NCBI GenBank assembly: GCA_016180235.1
Contig: JACPBQ010000004.1
Location: 175,674 to 239,673, forward strand
Reading direction: 5' to 3'
Source: Candidatus Woesearchaeota archaeon
GTDB lineage: Archaea; Nanobdellota; Nanobdellia; Woesearchaeales; GW2011-AR4
Length of the DNA stretch: 64,000 nucleotides
A program made the translations under genes and the position numbers. The notes under the pieces were generated by a model that did no database searches, had not been told where the DNA came from, and worked only from the letters and a program-made list of their open reading frames with translations. Position 1 is the stretch's first letter. Each line of letters begins with the position of its first letter. Of the stretch, positions 8,659 to 17,217 are shown in pieces.

Positions 8659-8698
8659 TTACTTTTTAAAAGTGGTAAAAATAGAAAGATTTATATAC
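8659..8698 (+). promoter_or_regulatory. Shared promoter module upstream of ORF 8719
   Basis: TTACTTTTTAAAAGTGGTAAAAATAGAAAGATTTATATAC. TATA box TTTATATA, ATG 20 nt downstream. The 16-nt block AAAAATAGAAAGATTT is identical at 30037-30054. Confidence 0.6.
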
Positions 8699-8718
8699 TA
8701 TAAATCAAAATTATATTC

Positions 8719-9711
8719 ATGAAACATCCGCTGCATGTGAATCCACAAGCAAAGGACTACAGGGAGTATTTTGACCATATTCTTGCCTACAATGAAATAT
8801 TGCACAGAGAGGTAGCTAAGTTAGTTCTTGATGAATTTCAAGGTAGTGAAGATGGATTTTGCATTGCGACAGTCGGTAGCGACGCTAGGTATGAAAAAGG
8901 CCCTGGCTCTTTGGTAGAGGTTATTTTGTTAAGTTCTAAATCTGTAAAACGTGGAATTAGGAGAAGGCTGGAATTGTTGGTAACTGATGAAAACAGAGGT
9001 ATATTTGACCCTCGCATAGAGAGAAAAAGTGTTGACGAAGACAGCATGGTAGAATCTGTAATAGGAGAAGCAGAAACCCAAATTAGGTTAATTTCCCCAA
9101 ATAGGATTCTTGACGTCAATTCTTTATTTGGAGACCAAAAGATGCATCAAAAAGCTAAATTAAAGCTAGCTGAGGAATTGAAATCCGGACAAGGAAGATC
9201 TATTTATGATAGGATTAAAGATAAAGTAAGGCATCACAAAGTGGTAACTTTAAACGGCACTCAAAGATATAAGCAAGAGTATTTTCAGCATTTCGATTTA
9301 GATGATGGTGTAGCTTTTTATGATCCAGAAAAAGGTTTATGGTCGTTTAAACAGGGTCCACTAAGGTATGTTCAATTCACAATAGTAAGAGATGTTTCTG
9401 CGGCAATAAGGGAAAGTGAAAAAGGAAAAAGGGCTCTTTATTTGCCCCAGAATACTGTCAGCAAGTTGAATTCAATTGAAGTAGATGGTGCCATAAATAT
9501 TTCCCAAGAACAAATGAGTGATCTTACAGATAGTTATAAATTCTTTTTGCACCAATATCATTTATCACAATGGAATCATAGACAAGGGTTAACAATTACT
9601 GCTTTTGATCCTAAGGAGGTAAAGGAAAGGTGTAAATCACTAACTGAAATATGCCCAAGTAGACTCTTTTCCTATGAACAAAATCAAACAATAGGAAAAA
9701 AGGCAAGTTAA
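8719..9711 (+). CDS. GlnD/DUF294-like Pol-beta nucleotidyltransferase with atypical catalytic positions
   Basis: ATVGSDARYEKGPGSLVEVILL (aa 50-71; cf. GSxGRxExxxxSDxDxxLL) and FKQGPLRYVQ (aa 210-219; cf. GlnD K-x-G-x-GGLRDIQ). Confidence 0.45.
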   Translation: MKHPLHVNPQAKDYREYFDHILAYNEILHREVAKLVLDEFQGSEDGFCIATVGSDARYEKGPGSLVEVILLSSKSVKRGIRRRLELLVTDENRGIFDPRIERKSVDEDSMVESVIGEAETQIRLISPNRILDVNSLFGDQKMHQKAKLKLAEELKSGQGRSIYDRIKDKVRHHKVVTLNGTQRYKQEYFQHFDLDDGVAFYDPEKGLWSFKQGPLRYVQFTIVRDVSAAIRESEKGKRALYLPQNTVSKLNSIEVDGAINISQEQMSDLTDSYKFFLHQYHLSQWNHRQGLTITAFDPKEVKERCKSLTEICPSRLFSYEQNQTIGKKAS

Positions 9712-9735
9712 AGATTCTATTGAGAATTAACTTTT

Positions 9736-11499
9736 TTAAATCCCCCACACAGGATTCTTTTCCCTCATTATTGCTGCTATCTCCTTCAGAAGCTCTTTTT
9801 CCTCCTGGTTAAGGTGCTTTTTCAGTTCCTTGAATTTCCTGAATTCACTATCAGGAATAGCTGAATACAAAATGTCTCCTTCATTAATCTGCCTTCCAAC
9901 CGTCACTTTTGGCAATGAAATCGCGACCTGCCTGCCCCTTTCGGCCTTTTCCACGCTTTCCTGGTCCTGCTGTATGCTTTTCACTTCTGCTATTTTTTTG
10001 CCGTCTTTTTTCATCAGGGGAGCGTTTACTTTCAAAGTTCCTGCAAGGATATCCACTCCCACAACGGCAGGATTGTTCTGCCTGAAAACATAGCCTTTCA
10101 TTATCTGCAGTTTGCATGGCCTGACCAACAAGTCTATCTCTCCCGTTTCCTGCTTCTTCCTTTCCTCTTCCTGCCATTTTTCAAGGTCATCAATCAATTT
10201 ATAGATAACAGTATTGGTGATAATTTTGGCATTTTTCAAAGAGATAGCATCGTGCATCATCTCGACATTAAAGCCCAGGATTACGGTATTCAGGGGGTCT
10301 TTCTCATAGTTTATCTGCGCATCTGAAATGTCCTTCTTTGAGATGTTTCCTATGCTTGCCTTTTTTACAGGTATATTTTTCTCCTTAAGCAGCTTAATCA
10401 ATGCTTCCAGGCTTCCCAATGAGTCTGCTTTTATGACAATGCCCTGCTGCCTGGTTTCTATTATGACTTCGTCAACTTCTCTTTTTATTTCTGTTTTTGC
10501 TTTCTCTATTTCATCTGGACTGCAGGACATCAGCGGCATTCCTGCTACAACGTCATCTATATCCGGAGCTGAAATCTTCACTCCAATCGCTGCTGACGCT
10601 TCTTTAACTTTTTTAAACTTGGTTTTTTTATCCTTCATATCCTTCAGTTGCGAAGGCTCCAAGAGCGCCTTGACTTTTGTCGCTATCGGCTCAGAAAGCG
10701 TTCCTATGATTATTGTATCATTCTGCTTTAGATTGCCGTCATACAATATGACCTCCAAGGTCTTTCCAATGCCTTTTTCCTCCTTGATTTCCAAAATGGT
10801 GCCTTTTGCGCTTCCTTCAACATTTATTTTCAGGCTTTGCTCCAGGTATTTTTGAGCCAGCCCGGTTAAGACCATCAAAAGCTCCGGAATGCCTTCCCCG
10901 GTTTTTGCCGATACCGGAACAATAGCAACTTGTTTCGTGTAATCTTCCACCCTGTCAAATCTTTCGGAATTAAAGCCCAGCTCGGATAATCTTCCGACTA
11001 TTTCGTAAAGCCTGGTTTCAAGAATTTTTTGCACAGATTCAGGCTGCAGATTAAGGTTTTGAATCAAAAGCGTGTTTTTGCTTTGCCATCCCGAGACTAA
11101 ATCAATCTTGTTCAAGGCGATTATAAACGGCGTTTTGTATTGTTTCAGTATTTCTATGCATTCCAGCGTCTGGGGCATTATGCCTTCCTGGACATTAATC
11201 ACCAGGATAGCTATATCAGCCAGATTTCCACCTCTCCTTCTCAAGTTGGTAAAGGCTGCATGGCCCGGAGTGTCTATAAAAAGCAGTCCCGGGATTGTAA
11301 GCTTAAGATTCAGCTTATCCAATAAATTTCCGCATATCTTCCTTATTACAGAGATTGGTATGTTGCTGGAGCCTATATGCTGCGTTATCAATCCTGCTTC
11401 TGTCTTTGCAATAGTGCTCTGCCTAATGTAATCCTGCAGGCTTGTCTTCCCATGGTCAATATGCCCTACAAAAGTCACTATTGGCTGCCTGATTTTCAT
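9736..11499 (-). CDS. infB: Translation initiation factor aIF5B (IF-2 family GTPase)
   Basis: RQPIVTFVGHIDHGKTSL, FIDTPGH, ALNKID and four-domain length. ATG at 11499 preferred over 11553. Confidence 0.9.
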   Translation of the reverse strand: MKIRQPIVTFVGHIDHGKTSLQDYIRQSTIAKTEAGLITQHIGSSNIPISVIRKICGNLLDKLNLKLTIPGLLFIDTPGHAAFTNLRRRGGNLADIAILVINVQEGIMPQTLECIEILKQYKTPFIIALNKIDLVSGWQSKNTLLIQNLNLQPESVQKILETRLYEIVGRLSELGFNSERFDRVEDYTKQVAIVPVSAKTGEGIPELLMVLTGLAQKYLEQSLKINVEGSAKGTILEIKEEKGIGKTLEVILYDGNLKQNDTIIIGTLSEPIATKVKALLEPSQLKDMKDKKTKFKKVKEASAAIGVKISAPDIDDVVAGMPLMSCSPDEIEKAKTEIKREVDEVIIETRQQGIVIKADSLGSLEALIKLLKEKNIPVKKASIGNISKKDISDAQINYEKDPLNTVILGFNVEMMHDAISLKNAKIITNTVIYKLIDDLEKWQEEERKKQETGEIDLLVRPCKLQIMKGYVFRQNNPAVVGVDILAGTLKVNAPLMKKDGKKIAEVKSIQQDQESVEKAERGRQVAISLPKVTVGRQINEGDILYSAIPDSEFRKFKELKKHLNQEEKELLKEIAAIMREKNPVWGI

Positions 11500-11630
11500 G
11501 CTGAAAAGGAATGGAATTTGTTTTTTAAAGGTTGTTATATTTAGAGCCGGCAAAGAAACACGGAATTACCGATTAAACCAAAGAAATCTTTATATAGGTG
11601 GTACCATTTTACAATGGTGAAGGTGTTTTG

Positions 11631-11975
11631 ATGCAGAGCTATAAGATATTTTTTGCAATGGTTCTTGCCTTTGGACTAATTGGAATGATAAGGGGCCTTG
11701 ATTCTTTTGTTCCGGGAGATGTTAATTATATGCTTGTCAATGTGAACAATGAGGGAGATAAAGATTTGGATGACCTAAAAGTCAGCATATTCATTTATGA
11801 CTTGGCGGTTGTATTGAAGACAAGCCAATTTGATCTTGATGACCATGACACGGCAGGAAAGCTCATTTACTGGGATGTGCCAAAAGATGCAGAGCCCGGA
11901 GATTACTGGGCCAGGATTACAGTGAGCAACGATGACGTGAGGGAAGTGAAGCACAGGCTGGTTACAATAATTTAA
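11631..11975 (+). CDS. Small secreted or membrane-anchored hypothetical protein
   Basis: N-terminal hydrophobic helix IFFAMVLAFGLIGMI. TATA-like CTTTATATAGG sits ~33 nt upstream of the ATG at 11631. Confidence 0.4.
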   Translation: MQSYKIFFAMVLAFGLIGMIRGLDSFVPGDVNYMLVNVNNEGDKDLDDLKVSIFIYDLAVVLKTSQFDLDDHDTAGKLIYWDVPKDAEPGDYWARITVSNDDVREVKHRLVTII

Positions 11976-12014
11976 TTCAATAAGTTTTTATTATAAACAA
12001 TAGTTCTGATTTTT

Positions 12015-13094
12015 ATGATAAAAAAATTTCCCTTAAAAAAAATAAGAGAGGGCTCTGCAGATATTTTTGCCCCTCAAGGAGATAAGATATCAAGAGAGCT
12101 GCCCGTGTTCTATAATCCCGTAATGAAGCTTAACAGGGATATTTCTATCTTATTGCTGCAGCAGTTTCCTGCGATGAACATATGCGATCTGCTTGCAGGC
12201 ACAGGCATAAGGGCCATAAGGATAGCCAAGGAACTAAGCTATAAGTCAATAACTGCAAATGACCACAATAAGAACTCATTTTCATTGATTAAGAAAAATA
12301 TGAGATATAACAAGGTTAAGTTCAGCGTTTTTAATGATGATGCAAACAGATTTTTGCTGGATTCAAAAGGATTTGATTATATTGATGTTGACCCTTTTGG
12401 CTCTTCGAACCCATTTTTGGATGCCGCTGTCAAAAGAATTTCTAGAGACGGCATTTTGGCTGTGACAAACACTGACACTGCTGCCATGACGGGCACTTAT
12501 CCAAAATCATGCATAAGGAAATACTGGGCAAAGCCTAAATTGGATTACATGATGCATGAAACAGGATTAAGGATATTGATAAGGAAAATACAGCTGATAG
12601 GGATGCAGTACGAGAAAGCCTTAATCCCTTTATTTTCATACTATAAGGACCATTACATGAGGGTTTTCTTCAGATGCATCAAAGGGAAGAAAGAATGCGA
12701 CAATATTGCAAAGCAGCATGGCATGCTCAATGACGCCGGGCCATTGTGGCTTGGCAGCTTGTGGGACAAAAAATTAGCCTATAAGATGCATAGCCAATTA
12801 TCAAAAACAACAAAAGAAAAAAAGGCATTATCAAAAAACCCAGTAGGGAATAAAAAAATAATAATAGACAATAACCAAAACTATAACGAATTACTAAAAT
12901 TCCTGAAGATTATAAAAGACGAATCAAAGATAAATGCCGTCGGATTTTTTGACACCCACAGAATGGGCAAGATTGGGAGGAAAGAGGAGCTGATTGGCAA
13001 AATCAGGAAAAAAGGCCATAAAGCTGCTTCGACCCATTTCCTTGGCACCGGGATAAGGACGGACATTGATTATAGCTTAATTGAAAAAATATAA
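12015..13094 (+). CDS. trm1: tRNA (guanine(26)-N2)-dimethyltransferase Trm1
   Basis: REGSADIF...PVFYNPVMKLNRDISILLL, SAM-site LAGTGIRAIR, DVDPFGS. Confidence 0.85.
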   Translation: MIKKFPLKKIREGSADIFAPQGDKISRELPVFYNPVMKLNRDISILLLQQFPAMNICDLLAGTGIRAIRIAKELSYKSITANDHNKNSFSLIKKNMRYNKVKFSVFNDDANRFLLDSKGFDYIDVDPFGSSNPFLDAAVKRISRDGILAVTNTDTAAMTGTYPKSCIRKYWAKPKLDYMMHETGLRILIRKIQLIGMQYEKALIPLFSYYKDHYMRVFFRCIKGKKECDNIAKQHGMLNDAGPLWLGSLWDKKLAYKMHSQLSKTTKEKKALSKNPVGNKKIIIDNNQNYNELLKFLKIIKDESKINAVGFFDTHRMGKIGRKEELIGKIRKKGHKAASTHFLGTGIRTDIDYSLIEKI

Positions 13095-13364
13095 ATATCA
13101 GATATCAATTCCTAGAGATAAAATGGTTTATGGTTTGAGAGCTGCCTTGGAATATTGGCTTGGTAATATTCCCCCACCGTATTTCGCTGTAAATACTGGA
13201 AGTCATGTAGTGTTCCATACCCCTATGTCTGTCATTGGGCTGCCAGCACTGAATCCTGCGCCTCTTGAGAAAAGAGTAAATGGCCATGGCATAGCAAGGG
13301 GGAGGAATTCACAGCCAGATTACTCTCCGGATGGAAGATCATTATACCCAAGACGACAATATCT

Positions 13365-13643
13365 CTAACCTACTGCCCTTCTTACATCAACAGTCTCTAC
13401 AGAATTAACGCCTTCTATGCTTCTTAAGTCCTCTTCCAAGGAATCCGGAGAACCCTGGCTCTCATCCATGACAAAAGTTATTTTTAATGCCTTTAAGCCG
13501 AAGGCTATGGGCTCCTGCACTGATTTCATATCATCATTACCGGAAAAAGACCTTATTTTTTCCCTGGCTTCTTCTTCTATGCTGCTTAAATCAGTATCAG
13601 GAGATTCCGGCATTATCTTTATTGTGGCTACTACCCGGGCCAT
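13365..13643 (-). CDS. ef1b: Elongation factor aEF-1 beta
   Basis: 92 aa; VVATIKIMPESPDTDL...AFGLKALKITFVMDE...VETVDVRR is typical of aEF-1beta. Confidence 0.85.
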   Translation of the reverse strand: MARVVATIKIMPESPDTDLSSIEEEAREKIRSFSGNDDMKSVQEPIAFGLKALKITFVMDESQGSPDSLEEDLRSIEGVNSVETVDVRRAVG

Positions 13644-13683
13644 TCAAAAATTCCTCCAGAATTTTCCGGGTATGAGAACCATT

Positions 13684-13860
13684 TTAATTTGGACCTTCAA
13701 AATTGCAGCTGTGGCAGGTGTACTTGGCTGCTATCTTGCGGCAGTGCAGGCACCTTATTATCTCCGTCTTGCCGCAGCTTGGGCAGCTGAACTTTGTAGT
13801 GCCTTTTGAACTTGCAATATCCTTCTTGCATGACGAGCATACTATTTTTTGATTTGCCAT
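13684..13860 (-). CDS. Zn-ribbon protein (COG2888-type, the usual upstream partner of ef1b); not in the ORF track (58 aa)
   Basis: My translation: MANQKIVCSSCKKDIASSKGTTKFSCPSCGKTEIIRCLHCRKIAAKYTCHSCNFEGPN. Four CxxC pairs; lies 40 nt upstream of ef1b on the same strand. Confidence 0.7.
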   Translation of the reverse strand: MANQKIVCSSCKKDIASSKGTTKFSCPSCGKTEIIRCLHCRKIAAKYTCHSCNFEGPN

Positions 13861-13950
13861 GAGTTTTTGGAATAAAGGGGTGTTTATAAAGGTTATTGTT
13901 CAGTTAAAATTTTGTTATTATTTTTAATTATCATGATTATGCCTTGAATT

Positions 13951-14018
13951 CTAGGCTCGGCAAACATTACGGCCTCGCATCATTTGGATATTCTGCATTA
14001 AGGACAAGTTGGCATTAG
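13951..14018. repeat. Dispersed intergenic repeat, copy 2 (short form)
   Basis: CTAGGCTCGGC...GCCTCGCATCATTTGGATATTCTGCATTAAGGACAAGTTGGCATTAG aligns with both ends of copy 1 (1458-1562) but lacks its internal hairpin. Confidence 0.6.
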
Positions 14019-14051
14019 TGCTTGTATTTCATCTTTATTTTCACAACCAAT

Positions 14052-15152
14052 TTAGCCTATTGTAGAAATGATATTCTCCTTTTCATTGATTTCAAAAGTT
14101 TTGCCTAGGAATTTTTCTATTGTGTATATGTTGGTTTTTGCGTGGTCGGTTATTGATGATGTTCTTATGCTGCTGTTCCCGGCCAAGGCCATGAATTTCA
14201 GGATCTGATCGGCAAGATGCCCGTCAACAGGGGCTTTGCTTTCCATTTCATTGATCAGGCTGTTTGCGGCTTCCGAACCTACAATTTCAGCTTTCTTTCC
14301 CCTTTCCCCAAAAGCATCCCCTCCAAGCCTTATGGGATTTTGCATGTCAATTTCATCCTTATTTTTAGAGAATATTGCCCATAGGGTTATTCCGGAGCCC
14401 GTTGACAGTGTTTCATTATACTCTATCCGGATATTTACCGGGCAATTGAATTTCTTCAAAGCCGTTTCCGCTGCCTTGGCCTGCCTTTCAGCGACGTTTG
14501 CATTTTGCAAATCTGCAGATGAATGGGAAATCCCCTTTATCTGTATCAAATGGCCCTGCTCCACAAGATTTATTTTCGGAGCGTTTTCTTTCAGATAATT
14601 GCGGAATTCTTGGAAGCTATTGAAGTCTGATATCCTGTATTTTGGCCTGATTTTCAGCTCTACCCTGCCATTTCCTTTCGGGTAATAGCCGCGCCTTATT
14701 AATCTGCAGTCTATGTCTGCATATTTTCTAACCTGAGGCAAAAAAACTTCCTGGAAATAGTCTATTGGCGCTGCCCATTTCCCGTCTGTGCCGCCAATAA
14801 TGTTCAGCGCGACAGTTTTGTTTGCGAACATGGATGGCAATAAGACAGACTGCAAAAATAACGGGATAGAGCCTGCCGTCTCTATGTCGATATTTATGGC
14901 TTTCCCCTCGATTTTTCCAGGGATGTACTTAAGATAAGTAGAGCCGATTTCTGCGCCTTCTGCCTTTGCATTGCATAATTGCCCCAGGGCTTTGACGCAG
15001 TATAAATGCTGGTGCTTTAATCCCGGCTGCGGCCTGTTTTTCCTTATGTCTGTTATTTCAAAAGGCTGCTGGGTTAATGTGGATAAAGCCAATGCCACGC
15101 GGGCAATACTGCCTCCGGCTTCCCCATGACTGCCATCAATGTGTATCATCAA
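14052..15152 (-). CDS. rtcA: RNA 3'-terminal phosphate cyclase
   Basis: IDGSHGEAGGSIARVALALSTLTQQPFEITDIRKNRPQPGLKHQHL matches the RtcA N-terminal signature. Confidence 0.9.
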   Translation of the reverse strand: MMIHIDGSHGEAGGSIARVALALSTLTQQPFEITDIRKNRPQPGLKHQHLYCVKALGQLCNAKAEGAEIGSTYLKYIPGKIEGKAINIDIETAGSIPLFLQSVLLPSMFANKTVALNIIGGTDGKWAAPIDYFQEVFLPQVRKYADIDCRLIRRGYYPKGNGRVELKIRPKYRISDFNSFQEFRNYLKENAPKINLVEQGHLIQIKGISHSSADLQNANVAERQAKAAETALKKFNCPVNIRIEYNETLSTGSGITLWAIFSKNKDEIDMQNPIRLGGDAFGERGKKAEIVGSEAANSLINEMESKAPVDGHLADQILKFMALAGNSSIRTSSITDHAKTNIYTIEKFLGKTFEINEKENIISTIG

Positions 15153-15191
15153 AACAAAAGAATAAGAGAGATTATATAAAAATTGCCTAAG

Positions 15192-15446
15192 TTAAATGTT
15201 CTCTATGTCTGCCAAAACATCGTCAAGATCTTCCAAACCGGATGTATCAAGCTCGTTTTCCGCGCTGTTTATGCCTGAAATTCCAGCTGCTACCTCATCA
15301 ACAGGCGCTTCTCCTGCAGTTGGTAGTGATGGTGTTTCCGGGGCTTTAACCTGCTCCTCTGGCTGGAACTGGGTCTTAGCGCACCCAACAAACAGCAATA
15401 ACGAGAAAATCATTAAAAAAGCGATTGCTGGGTTTTTAATCATCAT
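15192..15446 (-). CDS. Small acidic lipoprotein-like protein
   Basis: Signal peptide with lipobox-like LLFVGC, followed by an acidic tail. Confidence 0.5.
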   Translation of the reverse strand: MMIKNPAIAFLMIFSLLLFVGCAKTQFQPEEQVKAPETPSLPTAGEAPVDEVAAGISGINSAENELDTSGLEDLDDVLADIENI

Positions 15447-15557
15447 TAATGCACCTCTCTTTCAATATTAAGCTTACCAACAGTTGGTATTTAAACTTTT
15501 CGCATGCCAACAAAAAAAAATAAAAAAGGAAGGAGATTATTTCTCTACCTCCTCTTG

Positions 15558-16958
15558 CTATTCCTCATCTTCTAATTCTTCGTCATCTTTAGTTTCTTCT
15601 TCATCCTCGCTCTCATCTTCGTCTTCTTCAACTTCCACTGTGTCATCATCGTCTATCTCCAATTCCTGCCCTGCTTCCCTTAATTTTTCCACTATGTCTT
15701 TCAGCTTATCATGGGCATCTTTCAACAATTCCCTTGAATCCTCAAGCATGGATTTAGCGTCGGCAACAAGGTCTTTTTGGGTTTCCCTGTCGGTAGCATC
15801 TATTGCCTGCTTCAGCTTTTCCTGGGCCTGGTTAAAGCTGTCTTTTGCGCTCTGAACAAGGGCGCTAAAAGCTGCTACTTCAGCATCTACATCAACTTCA
15901 ATGCCCCGCTCTTCCATTTTTGCCAAGGCCGCATCAAGCTTCTTCTCAAGGACTTCCGCCTGGTTTACAACCCCTTCAACCCTAGCTGTCACAACCCTTT
16001 CGGCAAATGCTCTCGCTTTTTGCTCGGTATCTTTCCATTTATTTCTAAGCTCTTTTGCAGCTTCCTTGATCTGATCCTTTGTTTCTGCTGCCGCTATTTT
16101 TTCCTTGATTGTGTTTATCTCTGAAATTTGGCTGTCTATCCTTGCTATAAGATTTGCCGCATTTTCGTCAGAGATTTGCTCATTTTCATCTATCTTTGCC
16201 TTTATCTTTTCAAGATGCCCTATAATAGAGTCTGCTGATTTAAGCAGGACTTCTTTTGCATGCCCTAAAGCAGCTTCTTCATCTCCTGAATCTTTAGCTG
16301 CAAGGTATCTTTCCCGGGCATCCTGATATTTTTCTTTTGCTTCTTCGTATCTTTCTCTTGCATTCTCAAATTTTTCCCTTGAAAGCTCTATTTTCTGCCT
16401 TGTAAGAACTCTTTCTTTCAGGTCATCTGCAGTCCTAATAGTCTTAATCCTTATTTCCCTTAGCCTTTCTTCTATCCGGACCTTATCAAGGCCTGCAAGC
16501 TCTGCCTGCTTTGCCCTTGAAAGAGCAGCCAGCTTTTCCACTTCATCCTTGCTAAGGCCCGCAATCTTGTCTATAGCAACATTATCCAGGGCTTCAAGCC
16601 TTCTCAGCTTCTCAGGGTCCATGATCCTCAGCTTTTCCTTAAGCTCTTCTCTCCTATCCTCAAATCTGGCCCTTATTTCCTCTTTTGTAATCGAAGTTGC
16701 ATTTCTTGCCTCTAATCGGCTTCTTACTTCTGCCTTAGTTACTCCATCTTTATCTTCAACTTCAGTTCTTAGCCTTATTTTCTCGCCATTTGCTGCTATT
16801 ATTTCTGTCCTTGTTTCAGTCTTATCATCATCAATCTTAGTTTCCTCTCTTACTTCCATATTAGTCCCTGAACTATCTTCGTTTTCATCTGCAATTGCTA
16901 TTGGCACCAAGCTTACCAAAAACAGCGCAAGAACAAATAATGACAATATCTTTTTCAT
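15558..16958 (-). CDS. Secreted coiled-coil protein with a poly-acidic C-terminus
   Basis: MKKILSLFVLALFLVSLVPIAIA signal peptide, preceded by a GGAGG Shine-Dalgarno sequence. Long heptad-like E/K/R-rich sequence. ATG at 16958 preferred over 17036. Confidence 0.6.
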   Translation of the reverse strand: MKKILSLFVLALFLVSLVPIAIADENEDSSGTNMEVREETKIDDDKTETRTEIIAANGEKIRLRTEVEDKDGVTKAEVRSRLEARNATSITKEEIRARFEDRREELKEKLRIMDPEKLRRLEALDNVAIDKIAGLSKDEVEKLAALSRAKQAELAGLDKVRIEERLREIRIKTIRTADDLKERVLTRQKIELSREKFENARERYEEAKEKYQDARERYLAAKDSGDEEAALGHAKEVLLKSADSIIGHLEKIKAKIDENEQISDENAANLIARIDSQISEINTIKEKIAAAETKDQIKEAAKELRNKWKDTEQKARAFAERVVTARVEGVVNQAEVLEKKLDAALAKMEERGIEVDVDAEVAAFSALVQSAKDSFNQAQEKLKQAIDATDRETQKDLVADAKSMLEDSRELLKDAHDKLKDIVEKLREAGQELEIDDDDTVEVEEDEDESEDEEETKDDEELEDEE

Positions 16959-17217
16959 TTTTATACCTCCAATTTTATTTTTAACTATAATTTTCAAATT
17001 GTAATTTGACATAGAGATTAATTCATTTATAAACATACTTTTTTAGCCTGAAAATCGGAGGTTTATAGGAAAGTTTAATGCTTTACAAAGCTTCATCCAT
17101 TCTTTTTATCGGAAAATAAGCTCATTTAGGGCTTTAAATCAAAAAAGTGGGTTAATTTTATTTTTTGAACTGACAAGATTATAAAAATTTAAATATTTGG
17201 CATGTTTTTTTGGAGTC

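Noticed and set aside
13100-13364. SRP (7S) RNA in the trm1-ef1b spacer
   Set aside because: CUCCGGAUGGAAGAUCA superficially recalls the helix-8 CCGGAAGGAAGCAGC, and there is a UGUAA. However, the tetraloop would be GGAU (not GNRA), the AGG/AGCA symmetric-loop residues are absent on both strands, and I could not build helices 6 and 8.
13417-13809. Track ORFs 13417..13809 and 13487..13675 (+)
   Set aside because: They are antisense to ef1b and to the 58-aa Zn-ribbon gene, both of which have strong family signatures.
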